A stretch of 64,000 nucleotides of DNA from Cyanobacteriota bacterium (GTDB lineage Bacteria > Cyanobacteriota > Cyanobacteriia > Cyanobacteriales > Nostocaceae), in contig JBJOKS010000022.1 of the NCBI GenBank assembly GCA_046045965.1, forward strand, positions 32,001 through 96,000, read 5' to 3'. A model generated the notes under the pieces. It saw only the letters and a list, made by a program, of their open reading frames with translations. It did not search any database and had not been told where the DNA came from. Each line of letters starts with the position of its first letter. Position 1 is the stretch's first letter. This document shows, in pieces, positions 49,199 through 60,229 of this stretch. Made by a program: the position numbers and the translations under genes.

Positions 49199-49323
49199 GA
49201 ATTATATGATTAAACGCAGATAAACGCAGATAAACGCAGATTTTTAATTTTTAATTTTTAATTTTTTTAAGGAATGATATCTTAAAACCATTAATCATTC
49301 TTAATTAGAGAAAATAATCTGAT

Positions 49324-49974
49324 ATGTCTTCTTCTGAACTGCGATCGCTCACATCTGCCATTCCTGTAGAGAAAATCCGTTATGATGACAAAGGTTTAGT
49401 ACCGGCAATTATTCAGGATCATCTAGATGGTACTGTGTTAATGATGGCCTGGATGAATCAGGAATCTCTACAAAAGACTTTGGAAACTGGAGAAACTTGG
49501 TTTTGGAGTCGTTCCCGTCAGGAGTTTTGGCATAAAGGTGCTACTTCTGGTCATATTCAGAAGGTGCAGACTATCCGTTATGATTGTGATAGTGATGCTT
49601 TACTAATTGGTGTGGAGCAGTTGGGAGATATTGCTTGTCATACCGGGGAACGTAGTTGTTTTCACCAGGTTGATGGGAAAGTGACACCACCACCAGGAGA
49701 TATGTTATCACAGCTTTTCCAGGTGATATGCGATCGCCGTGATCATCCCAATGAAAGTTCTTATACTTGTAAATTATTGGCAGGTGGTGATAATAAGATT
49801 TTGAAAAAGATTGGTGAGGAAAGCGCCGAGGTAGTCATGGCGTGTAAAGATGATGATGCTGATGCGATCGCAGGTGAAGTTGCAGACTTGTTTTATCATA
49901 CTCTTGTCGCTCTGGCACATCATCAAGTTGATTTAAAAGCTGTATATCGTAAATTGCAAGAACGCAGGAAATAG
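49324..49974 (+). CDS. hisIE: Bifunctional phosphoribosyl-AMP cyclohydrolase / phosphoribosyl-ATP diphosphatase
   Basis: [27 protein letters not shown]. Confidence 0.97.
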   Translation: MSSSELRSLTSAIPVEKIRYDDKGLVPAIIQDHLDGTVLMMAWMNQESLQKTLETGETWFWSRSRQEFWHKGATSGHIQKVQTIRYDCDSDALLIGVEQLGDIACHTGERSCFHQVDGKVTPPPGDMLSQLFQVICDRRDHPNESSYTCKLLAGGDNKILKKIGEESAEVVMACKDDDADAIAGEVADLFYHTLVALAHHQVDLKAVYRKLQERRK

Positions 49975-50056
49975 GCAGGGGAGCAGGGGAGCAAGGGAGC
50001 AGGGGAGCAGAGGAGAAATATTTATCTTTCTTTTGCTATTCCCTGTCACCTGTCAC

Positions 50057-51769
50057 CTAAAATGTAAACGTAGTACGGAGTACACCTACAGCGGTGGTTT
50101 GGTTGTTGCTATTACCTTCAGGGTTAAACAGGACAAACGCACCAGGGGTAATACTCACATTGTCATTAATCCGAAAACGATAATAACCTTCTAGATGGTA
50201 AGGTGTTGCTCTAGCTGGTTCTGGAACTGAATCACTGCTATAAAGAGGTTGTCCAAAAAGCAACCCAGCAGTATTACCTTGTTTAAGCAGATCCTTAAAA
50301 TGCAAACCTACCATCCAACTGCTGAAAGTTGTAGAAGCTTCAACAGTAGGAGAATCTACAAATATAGCAGCACCGTAACCAGAAAAGGCTACTTTCGGCG
50401 AAAATCTCCAGGTTACTGTTCCACCAACAGAGTTCAGATTTACAGGTGTTCCTAGAGGTAAACCTGGTAAAGCACCAATGTCACTACTGGTTAAACCAGT
50501 ACCTAAAATATTAATCTCGTGATAACTATTGGCGTAGTTTAATCCTACATCTATGGAATTAGTAGGTTTAAAAGTCAGTTGGGTTGAAATTACGCTACTA
50601 CCACCAAATACACCAGAACCCAAAGGTGTACTACCGTCGCTTTGAGGAATGTTGGCATTCACACTAGCATACAAAGCTCTTAAATCCAGTTTTGGGGAAA
50701 AACTATAAATAAAACCCGCCGCAGATGCTAAACCAGTACCAGAAGTACCACCAGAAACGCGAACAACAGGGTTTAAGTTACCAAAACGAGAAATTGATTC
50801 TTGTCCTTCTCCATAAAAGGGTGTAATAGCTGGAAAAGCATCAGAAACTTCCGCCGCAGTTCCCGCAAATAAGGTTAATTTCTCCGCAACTGGGAAAATA
50901 TACAGCAGTTTATAAAGTTCCAGTGAGTTTGCACCAACTGGAGTTAAAGTTTTTACGTCAACTCCAGGAAATTGCGGTTCAAAGCCTGTCCGCGCACTGC
51001 TGGAACTCAGTAATGGTGATGCTAATCCTAAACTATTTTGCAGACTACCAGCACCAGTGACACCTCCCAAGAAATTATGAGCTTGTAACCCGGTAATTAG
51101 TAAGTCTTTACCTGTAAAGCTGGTGGTGAGGTTTAAGCGGACTCGGTTGGTGAGGATGATGTTAGGGTTATCCTGACCGGTAGCACCTCCTGTAGCACCA
51201 ATAGCGGCGATAATGGCTTCACCGCTTAATTTGGTTGTGGTAGAAAATCTATTGGCTTCTATTTCAGCAGTACGAGCTTCTAAAGCATCAACTCTACCCC
51301 TAATGGTTGCAAGTTCGGCTGAAAAATCTTCTTGCAGTTTTTGGAGAGTGGTTAAATCTTGTTTTGTTAATGAATCTCCTGTAGCTGTAGCAATTAATTC
51401 GTTAACTCTGTCTAAACAAGCATTTAAACCAGCTGCAAATTCATAGCGAGTCAACGCACGGTTGCCGCGATATGTGCCGTTTGGATACCCAGCAATACAA
51501 CCATATCGCTCAACTAAAGATTGTAATGCACCAAAAGCCCAATCCCCAGGTTGTACGTCTGAAAGTTGGGATACAGATGTTACTTGTTCTATTGGTTCTG
51601 ATGCTAGAACTAGGGGTGATGATGTGGATAAATCAGCACTTTGTTGTTTTTGATTGACAGTTGGTGCATCCTGTGGCGGGCTATTAACAGCTATAGCCTG
51701 TACAGGCAAAAATCCAGAGAGTAAGCTGAGTAAAACTACTCTATGATAATTCAGTAAATTTACTTTCAT
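50057..51769 (-). CDS. SLH-domain OprB-type outer membrane porin
   Basis: VTSVSQLSDVQP, RYEFAAGLNACL, FSTTTKL, terminal RTTFTF. Confidence 0.93.
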   Translation of the reverse strand: MKVNLLNYHRVVLLSLLSGFLPVQAIAVNSPPQDAPTVNQKQQSADLSTSSPLVLASEPIEQVTSVSQLSDVQPGDWAFGALQSLVERYGCIAGYPNGTYRGNRALTRYEFAAGLNACLDRVNELIATATGDSLTKQDLTTLQKLQEDFSAELATIRGRVDALEARTAEIEANRFSTTTKLSGEAIIAAIGATGGATGQDNPNIILTNRVRLNLTTSFTGKDLLITGLQAHNFLGGVTGAGSLQNSLGLASPLLSSSSARTGFEPQFPGVDVKTLTPVGANSLELYKLLYIFPVAEKLTLFAGTAAEVSDAFPAITPFYGEGQESISRFGNLNPVVRVSGGTSGTGLASAAGFIYSFSPKLDLRALYASVNANIPQSDGSTPLGSGVFGGSSVISTQLTFKPTNSIDVGLNYANSYHEINILGTGLTSSDIGALPGLPLGTPVNLNSVGGTVTWRFSPKVAFSGYGAAIFVDSPTVEASTTFSSWMVGLHFKDLLKQGNTAGLLFGQPLYSSDSVPEPARATPYHLEGYYRFRINDNVSITPGAFVLFNPEGNSNNQTTAVGVLRTTFTF

Positions 51770-52554
51770 GGTGACTCCTCACAGCTAAATTTTCATTGAA
51801 TATTTCCAAGCAAAAGCTAGGATGGCTCTAGTTTTGCCACAATCAGAACTTGGTGATGAGAATAAATTTTGTTTGGTAGCTGTAATTACTGGTTAAAAAT
51901 TTGTTACCAGATTATTTAGTAATTATATTAAATAACACTTGTATCAAAAATGGTTGCAAACAATTGTTAAGAATTTTCGTACTTATTTGAAAACGAACAA
52001 TCTTAATTTTCAGTATAACCGTGCATCCGGTGAGAATTTTGCCTTTGAAAACTCAGTCACCTATTACCAATACCTTTTACGGCTGGATTTTGAATTTTGA
52101 GTTATTTTGTTAGCAAACCTTGACATTTTTGTAATTCTTATCATTAGCTGCAATTATCCTCTTTGATTCCACAGAGTTTCCACAGGCATTTTACTAGTTT
52201 TCCACAGATGCTCTACGAATTAATCAAGTCTTGCTGGGTTACTGGGGATTTTATGCTTTCATCAGTTAACAAAATCATTAACTGAGTTTTTGTTAAGTTA
52301 AGTAACAGAAAATTGCTTATAACCCTTATTCTTTCGTGAGTATTTATTTTTTGTCTCCTAATTTTTAACATTTCGCAGCATTGACAAACCCACCCTCTCT
52401 GAGCGCACAATGATTCGGCTTGCTTTTTTATTCTGTTCCAGTATGAGCATCAATTTTGGACAGTGGCCTCAGATATTAGCGCGGATGATAGGGCTGGTGA
52501 CAATACTGGAGAGCAAGCAACATCTCTTGATAGACCATATAGAAGGGAGATCTT

Positions 52555-52752
52555 ATGAACACAACAGTTAGTATCTTTACAGTGATTCCCGAAGCACTCC
52601 ACGAATCCCTAAAAAACTACCTAGAAACTCATCCTGACTGGGATCAAACACGAGTATTGACTGCGGCGCTATCGCTGTTTTTGCTCCAAAATGGAGAGAG
52701 CGATCGCCAAGCGGCTCGTATCTACTTAGAAACTTTATTTTATCAATGCTAA
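52555..52752 (+). CDS. DUF2811 family protein
   Basis: IPEALHESL..YLETHPDWDQ.RV..AALSLFLLQNG. Confidence 0.85.
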   Translation: MNTTVSIFTVIPEALHESLKNYLETHPDWDQTRVLTAALSLFLLQNGESDRQAARIYLETLFYQC

Positions 52753-52809
52753 GTAGAAATGATTAGGGAGAGGGGCAGATGGGGAGATGAAGACTAGGAA
52801 AAAATTCTT

Positions 52810-52868
52810 ACCCTACACCCTACACCCTACACCCTACACCCTACACCCTACACCCTACACCCTACACC
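52810..52868. repeat. Short tandem heptamer repeat ACCCTAC
   Basis: Directly visible; overlaps the stop codon of the adjacent gene. Confidence 0.95.
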
Positions 52869-53581
52869 TGGTCTTCTTGTGGCTCAGTAGTACATTCAAA
52901 CTTGTAACCTACACCGCGTACAGTCTGAATTAATGCTGGTTGACTAGCATCAATTTCAATTTTCTTGCGAATTTGACCGATGTGAACATCAACAACTCGC
53001 TGATCGCCTACATATTCATAGTCCCAAACCTCTTGTATAAGTTCTGCTCGCCGCCAAACTCGACCTGGATGACTGGCTAAAAAATGTAACAAATCAAATT
53101 CTAAAGCAGTCAACGGTACTGGTTCGTCATTAAGTGTTACTTCCCTACGAACCGGATCAATCATCAGCTTGGTAAAAATGAGGCGTTTTTGTTCGGCAGT
53201 AGTAACCACCCGCTGTCGCCTTAAAATCGCTGCCACTCTGACCTCTAGCTCTCCCAAACCAAACGGCTTGGTGAGATAATCATCAGCGCCTTTAGAAAAA
53301 CCGCGAATTTTATCGGCTTCATCTGTGCGACTCGTGAGCATCAGCACAAAAACACCATTCCGGCTTTGCATTTCTTGGCACAGGTTAAAGCCAATGGCAT
53401 CTGGTAAATTTACATCTAGAATTACCAAGTCTGGGTTAAATTGCTCAAAAACAGCTAAGGCAGCCTTACCATCTTCAGCAGCTTCTACTTGATAGTTCTG
53501 TTTGATCAAAAAGCGTTGGATTAAATTCCGAACGGCTGGGTCGTCATCAACTACAAGAATCTTGGCGGGAGCCATGACCAT
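52862..53581 (-). CDS. OmpR-family response regulator
   Basis: ILVVDDD, LVILD, GADDYLTKPF, IQTVRGVGY. Confidence 0.95.
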   Translation of the reverse strand: MVMAPAKILVVDDDPAVRNLIQRFLIKQNYQVEAAEDGKAALAVFEQFNPDLVILDVNLPDAIGFNLCQEMQSRNGVFVLMLTSRTDEADKIRGFSKGADDYLTKPFGLGELEVRVAAILRRQRVVTTAEQKRLIFTKLMIDPVRREVTLNDEPVPLTALEFDLLHFLASHPGRVWRRAELIQEVWDYEYVGDQRVVDVHIGQIRKKIEIDASQPALIQTVRGVGYKFECTTEPQEDQV

Positions 53582-54160
53582 TACTTTGCACAAAAATTCA
53601 TTATGATTAACGGGGGAATTGCGTAGGAACGCATTTTCAACTTTGGCGGTACTTAAGAATCTACAAGGTGTAGGTACGAGTATCCTGATTGTTCAAATAA
53701 ACTGTAATTACAATTATGAACGATGTTGGCACTAATCTTCTGTTCATCAGTCCGGTGCTTAAGTATATCACTATATACATCCAGAGATTGTTTGGACTCA
53801 GTTTGTAGCTTTTTGTTTAAATTTGGATAATGTGTACTCGGTGGAACAGCAATTTAAAACGTTCTAATTGTAAATCAATATGCAAATTTATACCATAAAA
53901 TAAATAAGGTAATTATAATTCGGGGATAAAACTCTAATTGCTAAACCATAGGGGAATATATGTTTTGCAATACTGTGTGATGACAATATGTTAAAGTAAC
54001 TGAAGTGAAAATTCTTGGGTCGAACCAACTCAGCCGTGCTAATATCCTGATTAAAGGATAATAATCGGCCGAACCCATTGTTTCGATTACAATAAAAAAT
54101 AAGGTTGTTTTTTCTTCAACAAAAGACTGCCGCTTACTAAGGCCGAAGTAATAAACTGCC

Positions 54161-54787
54161 ATGAGCGATCAAAATCCCTACGAAAAACTTGGGGTATCAG
54201 AAGATGCTAGCTTCGATGAAATTCAGGATGCTCGCAATCGCCTGTTGGAGCAACATGGTGGTGACGGCAAGGGTCGAGAATTGATTGAAGCAGCTTATGA
54301 TGCGATTCTAATGGATCGCTTACGAATGCGCCAAGAAGGTAAAATTAAAGTACCAGAGCGTATCCGCTTTCCAGAGATGCGAGTCCCATCTCCACAGAAA
54401 GAAAGCCCCGTTCCTCGTGAGCAGTCACCTGCATGGCTGCAACGAATGTTAGATCAACCAAGTCTACCAGATATACTCTTACCAGCAGCTTGGTATCTGG
54501 GGTTAAGTGCCATCAGTGTATTTGTTCCTGCTGCAAGCGATCAGGTTTTGCAACTGGGATTGGTGGTTGGGGTTGGAGTTAGTATTTATTTTCTCAACCG
54601 CAAGGAAAACAAATTTGGTCGAGCAGTTTTGTTCACCCTAGCAAGTCTAATTATAGGCTTAATAGTTGGGGGACTGATTGCTACTTGGGTATTACAACAA
54701 TTACCGTTTATCAACATCACACCAAATCAGTTTTCTACGGTGCTGACGTTTATCTTGATGTGGTTAATTAGCAGCTTTCTGCGTTGA
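54161..54787 (+). CDS. CPP1-like (J-domain-like) membrane protein
   Basis: PYEKLGVSEDASFDEIQ...EAAYDAILM; C-terminal TM helices. Confidence 0.85.
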   Translation: MSDQNPYEKLGVSEDASFDEIQDARNRLLEQHGGDGKGRELIEAAYDAILMDRLRMRQEGKIKVPERIRFPEMRVPSPQKESPVPREQSPAWLQRMLDQPSLPDILLPAAWYLGLSAISVFVPAASDQVLQLGLVVGVGVSIYFLNRKENKFGRAVLFTLASLIIGLIVGGLIATWVLQQLPFINITPNQFSTVLTFILMWLISSFLR

Positions 54788-54893
54788 TAAGGCAAGAGGC
54801 AAGAGGCAAGAGGCAAAAGGTAAGAGGCAAGAAAAAAATTAATTCTAAACTCCTTTCCTGACTCCTGACTCCTGCTGAATTGTAAAACATATT

Positions 54894-57389
54894 TCACCCG
54901 ATGGGATAAACCAACTCCCTGACACTATGAGCAGAATCTTGCTGTAATGCTACAGATGCGATCGCTTGAGCTTCTGTGATGGTTAAATGTGAAATTGCCT
55001 GTTTAAGTGGGGCGATCGCTTGGGGATTGACACTTAACTCATCTAATCCTAAACCTAATAAAATGGGTGCTACTAAGGTTTCTGCTGCGACTTCTCCACA
55101 TAATCCTACCCAAATATTAGCAGCGTGGGCAGCTTGGACAGTTTGCTGAATCATTCGTAATACCGGAGGTTGCAAGGCATCAGCTAAAGTTGCTACTCTA
55201 GGGTTAGTGCGATCGCCAGCCATCACATACTGACTCAAATCATTTGTACCAATACTAAAAAAGTCCACTTCCCGCGCTAACTGATCAGCGATCGCTACCG
55301 CTGCGGGTGTTTCGATCATCATCCCCACTTTGATATTTTCATCAAAAGCTATAGCAGCTTGTCGCAGTTCTTCCTGTACCTGATTTAAAATTGTTTTAGC
55401 TGCTCGTAATTCTGTTAAAGTGGCAATCATCGGCCACATAATTTTAATATTATTCCCCACACTAGCACGTAAAATTGCCCGTAATTGAGTTTTCAAGAAT
55501 TGAGGATTTTCTAAACAGAACCGAATTCCGCGCACACCTAAAAAGGGGTTAGCTTCCGTAACTGGGGAACTCAAATAAGGAAGGTGTTTATCTCCACCTA
55601 CATCCAGAGTGCGAATAATTAACGGACGATGATCCAAAACTTTTGTAATAGCCTGATAAACTTCTAATTGCTCCTGTTCTGTAGGTGCGTTTGTCCTTTC
55701 CAAGTACAAGAACTCCGTGCGAAGCAAACCCACACCTTCTGCACCATGACTTACAGCCGCTTTAGCATCCGCAACACTACCGATATTAGCAAAAACTTTA
55801 ACGTAACTACCATCACGGGTAATTGCTGGTTGATGTGCTTGCTTTCGTGCTTGTGCTTGGGCAATTTTCCAAGCCTCTCGCTTAACTTCCAGTATCTCTA
55901 ATGTTTCTGGTGCTGGTGCAACCCACACTTTACCACTTTCGCCATCAAGCGCCATCAAAGTTCCATTTTGCAAGTTTAACACCTGGGCATCTACACCCAA
56001 AACCGCAGGAATACCAAGAGTTCTGGCAATAATAGCACTATGGGAAGTCGCACTACCACAGGTCATGCAGATACCCATGACTTTGGTTGGATCTAGTTTA
56101 ACGGTATCTGAGGGACTTAAATCTGTTCCTACCACAATAGATGGTTCTGTCAGTTCCAAGTTGGTGGGAGCATTACCCAGTAATATTCTTAACACCCTCC
56201 GCCCGACATCCACCACATCGTCAACTCGTTCCTGTAAATAAGCATCCTCTAGTTTGCGGTATGAGTTGGCCACTTCATCCACTACAGCTTGCCAAGCAAA
56301 TTCCGCATTGAGACGTTCTTGAACAATATGCTGACGTGCTGCCTCTAGCATCACCGGATCTGCTAAAAATAGAAGATGAGCATCAAAAATAGCTGCTTCC
56401 GCATCACCAATTTGAATAGATGTGTGGGAGAGTAAAGTTTCTATTTCCTGTTGAGCGACTTGAATAGCAGATTGTAATCTTTGCCACTCTATATTTACAT
56501 TCTCTATGTAATATTCGGTAAAAGGAATCACCACAGATTGATAATGAACTAATGGAGCGATCGCCACACCTGGAGAGGCTGGAATTCCCCCTAGTTCGCC
56601 CTGGGTAGGTGGGGTAAATTCTTGGGGAGGTGGTGTTAATTCTACCAGGCTATCATTTTCGCCAAAATTGTGAATAATCAATGTTTGTAAAGCTTGTAGA
56701 GCCTCTTGAGCATCAATTCCCGTGGCAGTAATCAACAATTCATGTCCTTGACGTACTCCCAAGGTGGCGACTTGGTTGATACTGTCACCCCGGACAGCTT
56801 CCGTATTTCTCGTTAAATTTTGGACTCGAATTTGCGATTGAAACCGGGATGCAGTGGCGACAAATTGGGCAGATGGACGAGCGTGTAAACCTAAGCGGTT
56901 ACTGACTTTTATTCTTATTTCTCTGGTTGCAACTTCATTAGTGATGGGGTGGCTACTGACTATTGATAATGGACTACTCACTAAACCTAGTTGTGTTGCT
57001 TTTGCGACTAATGCCCCTTGTGCTTCGGCGATTACTTGCTGAATATTCCTACCAGTAGCAGCAGCGACAGCAGCAGCAATAGCACCTTCAACTAATGGTG
57101 CTGCACAGAGATATACTTTTTCTCGCTGTTCTGGGGGTAGAAACTCCAGAGCCATTTCCGCACTCATTAAAGCACTACCTAAATCCATCAACACGATAAC
57201 ACCATCTTCGGAGAATACGGAGGCGATCGCTTCATAAACCCGGATCGCATCTGTACCTAGTGGGTTTGCAGGATCATCAATACCTGCTGCAACAGCCAGG
57301 GGAACTTTTCCTTGAACCATCTGTGCAGCTAGTTCTCGTACTCCCAGAGCCAATTGTTTACTGTGCGAAACAATAACAATGCCAACCAC
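54894..57389 (-). CDS. ptsP: Multidomain PTS protein: DhaM/EIIA-Man-like + HPr + Enzyme I
   Basis: MVGIVIVSHS and DLGSA (DhaM-like); GLHARP (HPr); TSHSAII, GLLRTEF, SIGTNDL, GLCGE (EI). Confidence 0.92.
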   Translation of the reverse strand: MVGIVIVSHSKQLALGVRELAAQMVQGKVPLAVAAGIDDPANPLGTDAIRVYEAIASVFSEDGVIVLMDLGSALMSAEMALEFLPPEQREKVYLCAAPLVEGAIAAAVAAATGRNIQQVIAEAQGALVAKATQLGLVSSPLSIVSSHPITNEVATREIRIKVSNRLGLHARPSAQFVATASRFQSQIRVQNLTRNTEAVRGDSINQVATLGVRQGHELLITATGIDAQEALQALQTLIIHNFGENDSLVELTPPPQEFTPPTQGELGGIPASPGVAIAPLVHYQSVVIPFTEYYIENVNIEWQRLQSAIQVAQQEIETLLSHTSIQIGDAEAAIFDAHLLFLADPVMLEAARQHIVQERLNAEFAWQAVVDEVANSYRKLEDAYLQERVDDVVDVGRRVLRILLGNAPTNLELTEPSIVVGTDLSPSDTVKLDPTKVMGICMTCGSATSHSAIIARTLGIPAVLGVDAQVLNLQNGTLMALDGESGKVWVAPAPETLEILEVKREAWKIAQAQARKQAHQPAITRDGSYVKVFANIGSVADAKAAVSHGAEGVGLLRTEFLYLERTNAPTEQEQLEVYQAITKVLDHRPLIIRTLDVGGDKHLPYLSSPVTEANPFLGVRGIRFCLENPQFLKTQLRAILRASVGNNIKIMWPMIATLTELRAAKTILNQVQEELRQAAIAFDENIKVGMMIETPAAVAIADQLAREVDFFSIGTNDLSQYVMAGDRTNPRVATLADALQPPVLRMIQQTVQAAHAANIWVGLCGEVAAETLVAPILLGLGLDELSVNPQAIAPLKQAISHLTITEAQAIASVALQQDSAHSVRELVYPIG

Positions 57390-57657
57390 GGTAATACCTT
57401 AGCCAGTTACCCATTCCATTATGAGTTGTGAAAACGCAAAGACCGCATTTATTTAGGTTGTATTTAGGTTTGAGTGGAGAAGATTAATTTTTGTAACAAG
57501 AAGCAAGAAAAGTAGTCAGGAGAAAGCATTCATATTATTGCTTATGTTGTGCTATCAGCATTGAGTGAGTTTAATAGCTGTTCTGTAACTTCAATAAGCT
57601 CAAGTACAGAGTTTAGAGTTATTGTAGTAGTTTTGAAACTTCATCATTCTATCATTA

Positions 57658-58917
57658 CTAAAGTTTCTTAAGTTGATTATCTGCCAATTTCAATAATCTT
57701 TGTGCCTCATTATAGGAAGTTGTTCCTGTTTTCACACTACTTAATTGATTCATAACTCTGATAATTGCAGCCTTTGTCTGATTCTTATCACCTGGTGGTG
57801 AAGCAATCAAACTTTGAATTTCTTTGTTAGCTTCATCAAGAATTTCTTTAGCTTCACTTTCAGCTTGACGGCGATTTTTAATAGTTCCCAAGTTAGTTTG
57901 ATACTGTGCCATTAATTTTTTAGCTTCCACATAACTTGGTTCTTGAACTTGAATATTATTTAATTCTTGAATTGCCTTTTCCCATAACTCTGCAATTTGC
58001 TCCCATTTCTGCACAGTATGGGGTGGATTTTGGGAAGCTTGTGCTGCTGCTAAAGCATATTGTTTTGCTGCTGCAATGTAAGTGGTACTACGTGGATCAA
58101 CTACAGTTTTTTGTTTCACCTGATAAGAAGCAATTAATTTTTGTGCATCTACATATTGGGGATTTTCATTTGGCACTTTTTCCAGTCTGTAAATTGCTTG
58201 TTGCCATAATTCCGCAGCTACTTGAGAATTTGTTGGTTGAATTTTTTGAGCTTCTAAATCAAACTCTTGTGCAGCAGTAATAAAACTACTAACCCGCGCA
58301 TTTTCAAAATCGCGTTTGTAAGCTATAAGTTGAGTTTGGGCTGTTTTTCCTGCTAATGTTTGTTGAGAAATTTGTTCTAATTGATCTATAGCTGCTTGCC
58401 AATTTGCGATCGCATTTTCTCTGTCTTTTGTATTTTCAGCCTGTGCATATTGCTGTTTTGCCGTCTCTAGAGAATTTTTTGCTTCATTCAACGGAACTAA
58501 AGCATTTTTGTCTTGAAAAACAACCGCATCCAGTCGCGCTACTCTTTCTCTGGCCTGTTCAAATTCATCAAAAGTAAACTGCCAACTACAACTAAATAAA
58601 CTACAATAACGCTGAGGATAATAACCCAAAAACCAAACTGGTAAATTATCCAAGTGTTTTTTTGCCGCTTTTACCTTCTCTCCACCCAGTTCAATATCCG
58701 CACTGCTGGTAGCACGACTTACTAACTGATCCGCTTGTTCTAAAGCATCTATCGCACCTCGGTAGTGATGATCCATACTGATAAAACTAGGTAACAATAA
58801 AATTGGTGCTACCTGTGCTACAGGTTTGCGGATCATGGGATATGGTAAATTGACAACCCACACAACCCCCGCTGTACCTGCGATGAGAAAAGCCGCAAAT
58901 TTGATTTTACCGAACAT
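57658..58917 (-). CDS. Hypothetical alpha-helical repeat protein
   Basis: N-terminal anchor, repeated W(Q/E)xAI motifs. Confidence 0.8.
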   Translation of the reverse strand: MFGKIKFAAFLIAGTAGVVWVVNLPYPMIRKPVAQVAPILLLPSFISMDHHYRGAIDALEQADQLVSRATSSADIELGGEKVKAAKKHLDNLPVWFLGYYPQRYCSLFSCSWQFTFDEFEQARERVARLDAVVFQDKNALVPLNEAKNSLETAKQQYAQAENTKDRENAIANWQAAIDQLEQISQQTLAGKTAQTQLIAYKRDFENARVSSFITAAQEFDLEAQKIQPTNSQVAAELWQQAIYRLEKVPNENPQYVDAQKLIASYQVKQKTVVDPRSTTYIAAAKQYALAAAQASQNPPHTVQKWEQIAELWEKAIQELNNIQVQEPSYVEAKKLMAQYQTNLGTIKNRRQAESEAKEILDEANKEIQSLIASPPGDKNQTKAAIIRVMNQLSSVKTGTTSYNEAQRLLKLADNQLKKL

Positions 58918-59070
58918 GGTTATACCCTGAGTATACTAAATCTAGTATTCCCTCTTCTGACTAGAAATAATACAAACATTACCAAGAAAAATTTTTCTGT
59001 CTGCACACAACCTGTAGGCAGAGTTGCTACCATAAATAAAGGTGAGAAAATAAATCAGATAATATCTAAA

Positions 59071-59850
59071 ATGTCAACAGCTTTAATTACCGGTGCGTCA
59101 GGTGGAATTGGTAAAGCTTTTGCTGAGGAACTTGCTGCACGTAAAACAAATCTTGTTCTTGTTGCACGTTCAGTAGAGAAACTTAACGAAATAGCCACTA
59201 AATTACAACAACAACATCAAATAAAGGTCGAGGTTATTCCCAAAGACTTGACAGAAACTAATGCTACTAATGAGGTATTTGATGTCATTAAACAAAAGGA
59301 ATTAACCATTGATTTGTTAATTAATAATGCTGGTTTTGGCGACTATGGAGATTTTGCCGAACGAGACGGAGAACGGCAATTAAACATGATTCAATTAAAT
59401 ATTATGGCATTGGTAGATTTAACCCACAAATTTCTCCCTTTAATGCGTCAACGTCGTTCTGGTAGCATTATTAATGTTTCTTCAATTGCCGGTTTTCAAC
59501 CAATGCCTTATATTTCTATTTATGCTGCAACTAAAGCTTTTGTTCTCAGTTTTAGTGAAGCACTTTGGGCAGAAAATAAAGATTATGGGGTGAAAGTTTT
59601 AGTCCTTTGTCCTGGTCCTACAGAAACTGACTTTTTCACTGAAGCTAAGTTTCCTGAAACTTTGGCAAAAACAAATAATCAAATAGCAACTCCTGAACAA
59701 GTTGTACAAGATGCTTTACAAGGTTTAGAAAAGGGAGATTCTACTGTAGTTAGCGGCGGTTTAGGAAATAAAATCATCGTCAATATGCACAGGTTTCTAC
59801 CACGAGAATCTTTGGTAAGTGCGATCGCAAAACAGTTTAAAAAAGGGTAA
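59071..59850 (+). CDS. Short-chain dehydrogenase/reductase
   Basis: TGASGGIG, NNAG, YAATK. Confidence 0.95.
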   Translation: MSTALITGASGGIGKAFAEELAARKTNLVLVARSVEKLNEIATKLQQQHQIKVEVIPKDLTETNATNEVFDVIKQKELTIDLLINNAGFGDYGDFAERDGERQLNMIQLNIMALVDLTHKFLPLMRQRRSGSIINVSSIAGFQPMPYISIYAATKAFVLSFSEALWAENKDYGVKVLVLCPGPTETDFFTEAKFPETLAKTNNQIATPEQVVQDALQGLEKGDSTVVSGGLGNKIIVNMHRFLPRESLVSAIAKQFKKG

Positions 59851-59929
59851 TTGGTAATTGGTAATTGGTAATTGGTAATAATTCTTATCTATCACCTATT
59901 CCAATTATTTTTTCTTGGGTTATCCAATT

Positions 59930-60229
59930 TTAACTTGTTGATATTAATGGGTTAAATATATGATTTCCAGTGGATATATCACCTGCACAGGTTAAATGCT
60001 TCGCAACTAAATCATGCAAAAAATCTTCTCCCTGAATTTCACCACTACTAATAAATCTTTCTACTTCCACTGAACCATCAGCGAAAAATTCTACCTCCCA
60101 GCGTTCCCCAGGTACAGCAACATTTACCATAACGGTTTCTTCTCGGTTATGGGCTAAAGTGTAACTAATTTTATCTAGTTCTAATTGATTTAAAAAGGCA
60201 ATGAGTTTGTCAAATCCATTATTTTTCAT
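59930..60229 (-). CDS. Small acidic hypothetical protein (immunity-like)
   Basis: VAVPGERWEVEFFADGSVEVERF; ATGA-coupled to an upstream reading frame. Confidence 0.7.
   Translation of the reverse strand: MKNNGFDKLIAFLNQLELDKISYTLAHNREETVMVNVAVPGERWEVEFFADGSVEVERFISSGEIQGEDFLHDLVAKHLTCAGDISTGNHIFNPLISTS

Noticed and set aside
52165..52206. Replication origin
   Set aside because: Only three boxes and no dnaA/dnaN context
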